In this document: positions 44,211 to 51,419 of the stretch, in pieces
Layout of the letters: every line of letters begins with the position of its first letter
How positions within the stretch are numbered: position 1 is the stretch's first letter
Source of the DNA: Acidimicrobiales bacterium
Lineage (GTDB): Bacteria; Actinomycetota; Acidimicrobiia; Acidimicrobiales; JAMCQF01
Length of the DNA stretch: 51,419 nucleotides
Assembly (NCBI GenBank): GCA_027366675.1
Contig: DAHXND010000180.1
Location: forward strand, 1-51,419
Direction: 5' to 3'
The notes under the pieces: generated by a model
What the model saw: only the letters and a program-made list of their open reading frames with translations
Told to the model about the DNA's origin: nothing
The model's database searches: none
Made by a program: the position numbers and the translations under genes

Positions 44211-45053
44211 ATGAGGGGAGCGCTCGGGCTGTCCTCGGGCGCGCCGAAGGCCCGTCCATCCGATCCTCTGGTGCCGCCGCTCGGAGCGAAGGTTCGGCGG
44301 CTGCTCGAGGATACAGGCAACATGTTCGCAGTTGCCCTGGAAGCGCTACGCAGTCTCTTCACGGAGGGAATGCCGCTCGGTGAGCTCATAGACCAGTGCT
44401 GGTTCCTCGCACGGGTAACGACCCTGCCACTCATACTGGTCTCGGTTCCCTTCGGTATGGTGATCGCGCTCGAGGTCGGATCCCTGCTGTCCCAGGTCGG
44501 GGCGCAGGCTCAGCTGGGAGGCGCGATGGTCCTCGCTGTAGTGCGCGAGCAGGCTCCCATTGCCACAGCCCTGCTCATAGCTGGTGCGGGCGGGTCCGCG
44601 ATGTGCGCCGATCTCGGTAGCAGGAGGATTCGCGACGAGATCTCGGCGATGGAGGTTATGGGTGTCAATCCGCTGAACAGGCTCGTTCTCCCGCGCCTCG
44701 CGGCAGCCATGATCGTGGCGTTCCTTCTCGATTCTGTCGTGAGCGTTGCCGGGATCGCAGGAGGGCTCTACTTCGGAACTGCGTCAGTTCACATAACCGT
44801 CAGCAGCTTCTTCGCCACATTCAGCGAGCTGAGCCAGATCTGGGATCTGCTCATGGCACTGGTGAAGGCGTTGATCTTCGGCCTTATCGCTGCGATGGTT
44901 GCCTGCTACAAGGGCCTCTACGCGAAGGGAGGCCCCAAGGGAGTCGGGGATGCAGTGAACCAGGCTGTCGTCATAACGTTCATCCTCGCGTTCGTGGTGA
45001 ACTCCGTGCTCACCATCGGATACTTCAACTTCATACCTCAGAAGGTGATCTGA
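44211..45053 (+). CDS. yrbE: Mce-system permease YrbE-A (MlaE family)
   Basis: LGELIDQCWFLARVTTLP, VVREQAPIATALLIAGAGGSAMCADLGSRRIRDEISAMEVMGVNP. ATG 44211 is preceded by GGGAAGG. The track ORF starts at 44079. Confidence 0.85.
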   Translation: MRGALGLSSGAPKARPSDPLVPPLGAKVRRLLEDTGNMFAVALEALRSLFTEGMPLGELIDQCWFLARVTTLPLILVSVPFGMVIALEVGSLLSQVGAQAQLGGAMVLAVVREQAPIATALLIAGAGGSAMCADLGSRRIRDEISAMEVMGVNPLNRLVLPRLAAAMIVAFLLDSVVSVAGIAGGLYFGTASVHITVSSFFATFSELSQIWDLLMALVKALIFGLIAAMVACYKGLYAKGGPKGVGDAVNQAVVITFILAFVVNSVLTIGYFNFIPQKVI

Positions 45054-45055
45054 GC

Positions 45056-45946
45056 ATGGCTATAGCCGTCGACAGGGGGGTAGCTGATCGCAGGGGGGTC
45101 TCCGGCGAGCGCCGCCATCACACTCCGGGCCAGCGTGCTCTGAGCCAAGCCCTTGGCGCGATCGAGCTCGTATACGACCATCTGGCCTTCTACTGGCAGG
45201 TTCTGCGGGCGATGCCAAAGGCACTGAAGTACCGGGCCGAGATCTTGCTCCTCATCTCGGACATAGCTGTTGGACCCAGCGCTCTCGTAGTAGGGGGCGG
45301 GATGCTCTTCGTCGTAGTCAGCATCTCGTTCTTCACGGGCACCGAGGTGGGTCTGGAGGGATTCACGGGCCTGCACGAGATCGGGGCCCAGGCATTCGTA
45401 GGGGTGATCGCGTCACTCGCCAACACGAGAGAGATCACGCCGCTGGTAGCCGGGATCGCCCTGGCTGCACAGGTGGGTGCTGGCTACACCGCGCAGATTG
45501 GCGCGATGAAGATCTCCGAGGAGATCGACGCTCTCGAGGTAATGGGCGTGAACAGCACGGTTTACCTGATCGGCACGCGCGTCTGGGCAGCTCTGGTAAC
45601 GATGATACCGCTATACTTGGCAGCGCTGTTCTCCAGCTTCTTGGCCAGCCAGTTCATCGTTACTACCTTCGAGCACCTGCCAGTTGGCACCTACCAGCAC
45701 TACTTCCAGCTCTTTCTCCCACCGATAGATATCTTCTACTCATTCCTGAAAGCCATGGCGTTCGCGGTTGTCGTGGTCATGGTGCACTGCTACTACGGCT
45801 ACAAGGTCAGGGGCGGCCCTGCAGATGTTGGTGTGGCAGCGGGAAGGGCCATAAGGCTCTCGATCATCTTGATAGTGCTTCTGAACCTCTTCCTCTCGCT
45901 CGTGATGTTCGGAGGGGACTCGAACACGGCGAGGTTGCTCGGGTGA
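45056..45946 (+). CDS. yrbE: Mce-system permease YrbE-B (MlaE family)
   Basis: TREITPLVAGIALAAQVGAGYTAQIGAMKISEEIDALEVMGVNS, paralogous to the preceding gene. Confidence 0.85.
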   Translation: MAIAVDRGVADRRGVSGERRHHTPGQRALSQALGAIELVYDHLAFYWQVLRAMPKALKYRAEILLLISDIAVGPSALVVGGGMLFVVVSISFFTGTEVGLEGFTGLHEIGAQAFVGVIASLANTREITPLVAGIALAAQVGAGYTAQIGAMKISEEIDALEVMGVNSTVYLIGTRVWAALVTMIPLYLAALFSSFLASQFIVTTFEHLPVGTYQHYFQLFLPPIDIFYSFLKAMAFAVVVVMVHCYYGYKVRGGPADVGVAAGRAIRLSIILIVLLNLFLSLVMFGGDSNTARLLG

Positions 45947-47358
45947 CGGGGAAGCTTGTGACGAGAGCCACAGCGGGTCCATCCCTCGAGCCTGGGGCTG
46001 TTCCTGAGTCGGCAGAGGTGCGACGTAGCGCTGCGGGCCACGAGCGGAGCCATCGCATCAGGAGGATAGCGACCGCGCTCGTGGCGGTCATGGCTCTCGT
46101 CGCTGGTGTCACGGTCGCTATCAGGGCCGCTGACGGTGATTACTCAGGAGCCTACCGGCTGGTAGGAATGTTCAGTCGAGCAGGCGAGGGGCTTGCGCCA
46201 GGTTCCCAGATCACTTACCGAGGGGTGCAGGTGGGGCGAGTGTCTGGTGCAACGCTGTCAGGTGGTCACGCGCGCCTGGTAATGCTGATCGACCCAGGAT
46301 TCCGAGTCCCACGCGATGCCGTGGCGACCATAGCACCTCAGAATATTTTCGGGGCCGACCAGGTAGACTTGAGCTTCCCGGCTGGAGATCATGGTCCCTG
46401 GCTTCGCCACGGTGGGACGGTTCTGGCTACTCGGGTGCAGGGACAGATCCTCGATCTGTTCGCTGCTGCTGACCCGCTGCTCGAGCGGATCGACACGGGC
46501 GCGCTCTCTAGCGTGGTATCGGAGCTTGCACAGGCGTCATCCGGGGACGGTCCTCAGATAGCGCGGTCGATCAGTGCGGGCGCGAAGCTGGCCAGCTTGC
46601 TCGATCAGACTGTCAGCAGCCAGATCTCCTTCCTCGACAGCTTCGACGCGCTCAGCGCCCAGGTGGCGGGTGTCGGTCCTACTCTGGACAACCTCTCGAA
46701 TCAGAGCAACGTATTTCTGCCATCGTTCAACGATGCGGCAGCATCCTACGCCAAGGTGCTGGCGAGCTTCACGCCTTTCGCCAACGATTTCGCCAGCCTG
46801 CTGGCCGACTACCGGCCGAACTTCGTGCAGCTCCTGAACGAGGGGGAGGACGTAGTAGCCGTGCTCGTCGCAAGCCGGCCCCAGATCGCCGGGGCCCTCG
46901 AGGGCCTGGACAACTACGTGTACAAGATCGAGCACGGTGTCAGCAGCGAGACCCTTCCGGATGGGTCGCATTTCTCCTACTTCAACACCTTCATCATGTT
47001 CTCTGATGTGAACAATCTCGTGTGTAGCTTGCTCGCTCCGAACCAGCCTGGCATGGCATTCCTCGAGCCGCTCCAGCAGGCGCTCACCGGTTCGGGGAGC
47101 CCGTTCAACTGCAGCACGGAGCTGGCCAGGTTCGATGCCGCTCAGGCTGGCAGCTCCTCGACCAGAGCCGCGCCAGCACCAGCGGCCAAGCCGGCCCCGA
47201 AGCCGAGCGGCACGAGCGTCACCTCCCTTCTGCCGCCAGCCGTATCGGGCGCGGCGAGGAAGCTTCTCCAGGCGGTGGACCAGATCCTGGGTGCCCCAAC
47301 CTCTGCGAAGCAGAGGTCGATAGGGTCTTATGTCCACATGCTTCTGGGAGGTCTGTGA
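45943..47358 (+). CDS. mce: Mce-family substrate-binding protein (MlaD domain), first of the series
   Basis: N-terminal TM (IATALVAVMALVAGVTVAI) followed by an MlaD/MCE domain (YRLVGMFSRAGEGLAPGSQITYRGVQVGRVSG...). The start overlaps the yrbE-B stop. Confidence 0.85.
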   Translation: MTGKLVTRATAGPSLEPGAVPESAEVRRSAAGHERSHRIRRIATALVAVMALVAGVTVAIRAADGDYSGAYRLVGMFSRAGEGLAPGSQITYRGVQVGRVSGATLSGGHARLVMLIDPGFRVPRDAVATIAPQNIFGADQVDLSFPAGDHGPWLRHGGTVLATRVQGQILDLFAAADPLLERIDTGALSSVVSELAQASSGDGPQIARSISAGAKLASLLDQTVSSQISFLDSFDALSAQVAGVGPTLDNLSNQSNVFLPSFNDAAASYAKVLASFTPFANDFASLLADYRPNFVQLLNEGEDVVAVLVASRPQIAGALEGLDNYVYKIEHGVSSETLPDGSHFSYFNTFIMFSDVNNLVCSLLAPNQPGMAFLEPLQQALTGSGSPFNCSTELARFDAAQAGSSSTRAAPAPAAKPAPKPSGTSVTSLLPPAVSGAARKLLQAVDQILGAPTSAKQRSIGSYVHMLLGGL

Positions 47359-48599
47359 TGGCCTGGTGGCGGCGCAGCTCCCCCGCGGACGGGCGTGCCC
47401 GGCCGAGGCAGGGCAGGCGCTTCTCCAGGAAGTCGCTCCTGGGCTTCACTGCCTTCGCGGTAGTGTGCCTGCTTCTCCTCGGTGAGCTGGCGATCAAGGT
47501 GGGGAACTTGCATCCCTTCGCCAGCACCAGGACCTACTACGCGGATATGGCCAACGTGACGGGCCTCACGAGCGGGGATGCCGTGAAGATAGCCGGCGTA
47601 TCTGTCGGCCAGGTCGCTGCCATCGGCGTTCAGCACGGGCATGCTGTCGTGACACTTGCGATCAACCGGGGGGTGAAGCTTCCAGAGGGGACAGAGGTGG
47701 GGATCCAGTGGAGGAACGTCATCGGGCAGATGGAGCTGTACCTCTACCCACCATCAGCGGGCCGGCCGATGCCTGCAGGCTCTACTATCCCACTGAGCGC
47801 CAACGCCGCCAGCCCTAACCTCGGGGCGCTTCTCAGCTCTTTCGGGTCTTTCCTCGGCGCGATAAATCCGGAAGAGGCCAATGCGTTTATCGTGAGCATC
47901 GCTAACGCCCTGGACGGCCAGAGCGCACAGGTGCGCGAGCTCATAGCCAACGGGGCAGTCGTATCGAAGACGCTCGGAGGGTTGAACAGCGAGATAGGGG
48001 CGGTGATCGGTGACTTCGACCAGGTGTTGTCGGCACTCGCGTCACGCAGCTCTGACCTCGGTTCCCTGCTGGATCACCTCGACAGCCTGACCTCCACCCT
48101 GCAACAGCACAACGATCTCCTGGACCAGGCGATAGGGAACCTGGGTAGCTTCGCGAACGATCTGGCGAGTCTCGAGAAGACGAACCACGCAGCGCTTTCC
48201 GGCCTCCTCACGAACCTGAACGCTGTCGTTTCGACCCTGAGCACCCACCAGAGCGAGCTTGCAGGAACCCTCAGCACCCTCGGTGAGGGTATAGCACCTT
48301 ACGAGCTGATCTCCTCGCAGGGTCAATGGTTCCAGATAAGGACTGTCTATACCTGCCTGGCGAACGAGACCACTTGCAACTACTACGAGCCGACGAATCC
48401 GCCCTCTGGTACTGGCTTGCTCGGCTCCCCGCCTACCTCGCTCCCGCTATCAGTGCCTGGCACTTCCGGGCGAGCGGCTACAGCGCAGCCATCCGGCGGG
48501 GCTCCCTTCTCTGGCACTGGCGGTATAGAGCAGGTACTGGAGCAAGTGGCTGGGGCTACCAGCGATGCTGGATCCGGAGCGGGAGCGGGAAAGTCATGA
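47355..48599 (+). CDS. mce: Mce-family protein, second
   Basis: TM segment followed by YYADMANVTGLTSGDAVKIAGVSVGQVAAI (MCE domain) and a helical region. ATGA overlap with the preceding gene. Confidence 0.85.
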   Translation: MMAWWRRSSPADGRARPRQGRRFSRKSLLGFTAFAVVCLLLLGELAIKVGNLHPFASTRTYYADMANVTGLTSGDAVKIAGVSVGQVAAIGVQHGHAVVTLAINRGVKLPEGTEVGIQWRNVIGQMELYLYPPSAGRPMPAGSTIPLSANAASPNLGALLSSFGSFLGAINPEEANAFIVSIANALDGQSAQVRELIANGAVVSKTLGGLNSEIGAVIGDFDQVLSALASRSSDLGSLLDHLDSLTSTLQQHNDLLDQAIGNLGSFANDLASLEKTNHAALSGLLTNLNAVVSTLSTHQSELAGTLSTLGEGIAPYELISSQGQWFQIRTVYTCLANETTCNYYEPTNPPSGTGLLGSPPTSLPLSVPGTSGRAATAQPSGGAPFSGTGGIEQVLEQVAGATSDAGSGAGAGKS

Positions 48600-49750
48600 A
48601 GGCTTTCACGGATAGGAAGCCGCTGGTGATCGGCGTAGTCGCGATCGTGGTGATCGTCGTGCTGGGATCACTCGTGCTCGTGCTGAAGCGCACGACATTC
48701 GAGTCCGCTTATCCCATCCGAGCGAGCTTCGCCTCGGCGGCAGGGGTGGGAGCAGGGGCAGATGTGCTGCTCGCAGGTGTCCCTGTGGGGCGCGTGGCGT
48801 CGGTGCAGCTTCATGGTGACCATGTGATCCTAACGCTGAACATAGACCACGGTGTCGTGCTCCCACACGATACGTCAGCCTCTATACAGACAGAGACCGT
48901 GCTCGGGGTCCTGGACGTGAGCCTGCACGCGATAGGCGGGTGGGCTCGCCCTCTCCCTGCCGGCGACCTCATCACTGACACGAGCATGCCCACAGAGCTG
49001 TACCAGCTCCAGGACGAGGCGGGTCGTTTCTTCGAGAGGGTGAACACGCAGGCCTTCAACGAGCTGGTAGATGAGCTGAATAAGATAACATCGGGTAACG
49101 AATCCCAGGTCAAAGCCATCATAGACGGCCTGGGCAGGCTCACTACGACGATCGACGAGAGATCGAGCGAGCTGGCACAGCTCATAGATGCCGCAGATAG
49201 CGTTAGTGGGCTCCTGGCCAGTCATGATGCCCAGATCCAGGGCGTGCTCGACAACCTGACCACAGTGGTGCAGGGGCTGGCAGACCGCAGTGGCGAGGTC
49301 GCGGCGTTCATCCAGGGCATAGACGCGGCGGGCGCCAATACCGCTTCGCTCGTGCGCCAGGATGCTCCGGAGCTCGACTCCCTCATCTCACACCTGGAGA
49401 GCGTCCTCGGTGTCGTAGCGAGCCATCAGCTCGACCTGGCCGAGGCGGTGTCGTATCTGGCTGCCGGGGTGAAGGGCTTCGCGTCGGTCGGCTACTCGGG
49501 TCCGGCTGATACGCCCAACACCTGGGCTAACATCTATACGAACCTCTTGGTGACGTCCGGTGTCTATGGAGTTCTCGGCGCCTGCGGGGCACTCTCCGAG
49601 GTGGAGAACGTCGCCCTGGGGCCGGATCCTCTCCCCTGTGGCAAGCGGGACGGCCCATCCCCGTCAGGCAGCTCTTCCCCCGCTCGCGGATCGGGGGGGT
49701 CGAAGGTGTCCTCCGTGATCTCCCCCCTGCTTCCCGGAGGTGGCTCGTGA
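48596..49750 (+). CDS. mce: Mce-family protein, third
   Basis: MKAFTDRKPLVIGVVAIVVIVVLGS followed by YPIRASFASAAGVGAGADVLLAGVPVGRVASV. ATG 48596 overlaps the preceding stop (ATGA). The track ORF start at 48326 is out of context. Confidence 0.85.
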   Translation: MKAFTDRKPLVIGVVAIVVIVVLGSLVLVLKRTTFESAYPIRASFASAAGVGAGADVLLAGVPVGRVASVQLHGDHVILTLNIDHGVVLPHDTSASIQTETVLGVLDVSLHAIGGWARPLPAGDLITDTSMPTELYQLQDEAGRFFERVNTQAFNELVDELNKITSGNESQVKAIIDGLGRLTTTIDERSSELAQLIDAADSVSGLLASHDAQIQGVLDNLTTVVQGLADRSGEVAAFIQGIDAAGANTASLVRQDAPELDSLISHLESVLGVVASHQLDLAEAVSYLAAGVKGFASVGYSGPADTPNTWANIYTNLLVTSGVYGVLGACGALSEVENVALGPDPLPCGKRDGPSPSGSSSPARGSGGSKVSSVISPLLPGGGS

Positions 49751-51396
49751 AGAGGCATGCCTTCATCGAGCGCATGGCTGGGAGGCGCCTGGCTGGGAGG
49801 CGGCTGTTTGTGGTGACAGCGGCTGTAGCGATGCTGCTCGGAGGAGCACTGGCTGCTGTGGTGGCGCTGACGAGCGGCCCCTCGACCTACCGGATAGAGG
49901 CTGAGTTCGCGAGCGCGCCGGGGCTCTTCGCAGGTGCTCCCGTGGAGATGCTTGGTGTCCAGATCGGCACAGTGACTGCAGTGAAGGCGGATCCCGGCCA
50001 CGTGCTGGTCACCATGGGCATCGACAGCGGGCGGCCTGTGCCAAGGGGTGCCGATGCAGCGCTGACTTCCGTAGAGCTGCTGAACGAGCCCGACGTAGTG
50101 CTCGTTCCGGGATATAGTGGTGGTCCGCGTATGAGGCCGTCCTCCGTGATTCCCGAGTCCCACACTGCGGTCCCGGTCTCCACGGAGCGCCTGCTAGAGG
50201 AGCTCCAGACGGTGCTCAGGCAGGTGAACCCGAAGTCGGTCGGTGGCCTGGTGCACAACCTTGCTCTCGACCTGGGTGGCCAGGGCAAGGAACTCCAACG
50301 TCTCATCTCCGGAGCGGCAGGGACGCTTCAGGTGCTTGCCCAGAAGGGCAACGATCTCGGCCGCCTCGACGGATCTCTCGCTTCGGTGATGAAGACATTG
50401 CGCGCAGACTCGACGAATCTGGTGCAGCTGATCACGGACTACGATACGGTGTCTTCCGTAATCGCCAGCAACGACAGCGCTCTCGGGCAGGGCCTGGCGA
50501 ATCTGGACGCTGCCTCGAAGCAGCTCGTCGACCTGCTGGCTCCGAACCTCGCGCCACTGGAAAAGGAGGTGCCCGTAGTCACCACGGTCGGCAGGACACT
50601 GGACCGGAACCTGAGCTCGCTGGACGAGCTCCTGGCATCGGCGGTGAAGCTCTTCAGCGGGGCGGAGCGGGCATACGTTCCCCAGTACAAGTGGCTGAAC
50701 CTGAACAATCAGCTGCCACCAGGTATGACCGGTGCTTACGTGGCCGGGCTGATAGGAGATCGCTTGGCCGGGATATGCCGTCGCCTGCTGGCTAACCACT
50801 CGGCCGGCCTGAGCGTAGCAGAGATCGCGACTCTGAAGACCTGCGGGAATCCTGACTCGGGATTCTTCGACCCGATACTCGGCCTCGTGCCGAAGATACT
50901 GGACTCCCTGCCCGGTGGGGGAAATGCCACCAGCCTGCCGAACCTATCGGGTGTGAGCGCATCACCAGCTACCTCTGCCAGCTCTGTCTTCGAGAAGGGT
51001 CTTGGCGAGATACCGGGCCTGAGCAACGCAGAGAAGGCAGCCCTCGAGCACGGTGCATCGTCCCCGCCATCCTCTGGATCTCGGGCTACGGCGCAGGGAG
51101 GACCATCCTCGGGCTCATCCCGGGCGTCCTCTGCGCCCAGCGGATCTACCCGGTCGGGCGGAAATGGAGCGTCGCCGTCGGGTGGGAAGCAGATCACGAT
51201 CAAGACCCCGCTGTTGAACCTGTCTCTCTCTGCCGACAGGGATCTTCCTTCCATAGCGCGCCTACCCGGCGCAGCCAGGCGGCCAGGCGGTGTGAGCGGC
51301 TTCTTCGACCAGGTCGCTCATGCTGTCTCGAGCGCGCTGTCGAGCGCTGCCCACGCGCTGTCCAGGGGCTTCGAAGTGATTGGCGGGTGGCTCTGA
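49747..51396 (+). CDS. mce: Mce-family protein, fourth, with a Ser/Gly-rich C-terminal tail
   Basis: TM segment followed by YRIEAEFASAPGLFAGAPVEMLGVQIGTVTAV (MCE domain). GTGA overlap with the preceding gene. Confidence 0.85.
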   Translation: MKRHAFIERMAGRRLAGRRLFVVTAAVAMLLGGALAAVVALTSGPSTYRIEAEFASAPGLFAGAPVEMLGVQIGTVTAVKADPGHVLVTMGIDSGRPVPRGADAALTSVELLNEPDVVLVPGYSGGPRMRPSSVIPESHTAVPVSTERLLEELQTVLRQVNPKSVGGLVHNLALDLGGQGKELQRLISGAAGTLQVLAQKGNDLGRLDGSLASVMKTLRADSTNLVQLITDYDTVSSVIASNDSALGQGLANLDAASKQLVDLLAPNLAPLEKEVPVVTTVGRTLDRNLSSLDELLASAVKLFSGAERAYVPQYKWLNLNNQLPPGMTGAYVAGLIGDRLAGICRRLLANHSAGLSVAEIATLKTCGNPDSGFFDPILGLVPKILDSLPGGGNATSLPNLSGVSASPATSASSVFEKGLGEIPGLSNAEKAALEHGASSPPSSGSRATAQGGPSSGSSRASSAPSGSTRSGGNGASPSGGKQITIKTPLLNLSLSADRDLPSIARLPGAARRPGGVSGFFDQVAHAVSSALSSAAHALSRGFEVIGGWL

Positions 51397-51419
51397 TGGC
51401 TCTTAGGCGCCGTGCGCAA
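51396..51419 (+). CDS. Start of a further gene, probably the fifth Mce protein. Only 8 codons lie in the window.
   Basis: ATG 51396 overlaps the stop of the preceding gene (TGATG) and encodes MALRRRAQ. The identity is inferred only from operon context. Confidence 0.3.

Overview
GC-rich chromosomal segment with actinobacterial gene content and synteny (mshA, rex-hem, 14-gene nuo, mce). No tools were run, so every call rests on reading the translations and the DNA by eye.

Layout:
- 1-7.7 kb: housekeeping and regulatory genes. These are a partial YVTN-propeller lipoprotein, a TraR/DksA-like zinc finger, a MaoC double hot-dog dehydratase, an RsiG-like c-di-GMP anti-sigma candidate, an XRE regulator, mshA, proC, a small excisionase-type HTH, a DUF62 SAM hydrolase and rex.
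- 7.8-14.1 kb: translationally coupled heme operon hemA-hemC-(cobA/hemD fusion)-hemB-hemL.
- 14.2-16.8 kb, minus strand: sulfotransferase plus geranylgeranyl-reductase pair, divergent from nuo.
- 16.9-33.4 kb: complete nuoA-N (complex I). Many subunits carry low-complexity terminal tails.
- 33.4-44.2 kb: the accessory-looking part. It holds an AIM24/TIGR00266 protein, an IS3-family transposase remnant, an M50/CBS site-2 protease, a fused polytopic-membrane/COG4315 lipoprotein-like gene and an MceG-type ATPase. It also holds the most unusual module in the window.
- 44.2 kb to the end: mce operon (2 YrbE permeases, 4 complete Mce proteins, and the first codons of a possible fifth gene).

The unusual module (37971-43810) has two parts:
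- An ECF sigma factor fused in one reading frame to membrane segments and 12 full plus 2 degenerate 11-residue repeats (a 33-nt tandem array).
- A divergent, overlapping three-gene operon: a Ser/Gly/Ala/Leu-rich protein with a C-terminal sorting-signal-like tail, a divergent sortase with a roughly 200-aa extra domain, and a Gly/Ser-rich membrane protein.

A recurring feature of the whole window is short in-frame tandem duplications (12-33 nt units) at gene termini. No rRNA, tRNA or CRISPR array was recognised.
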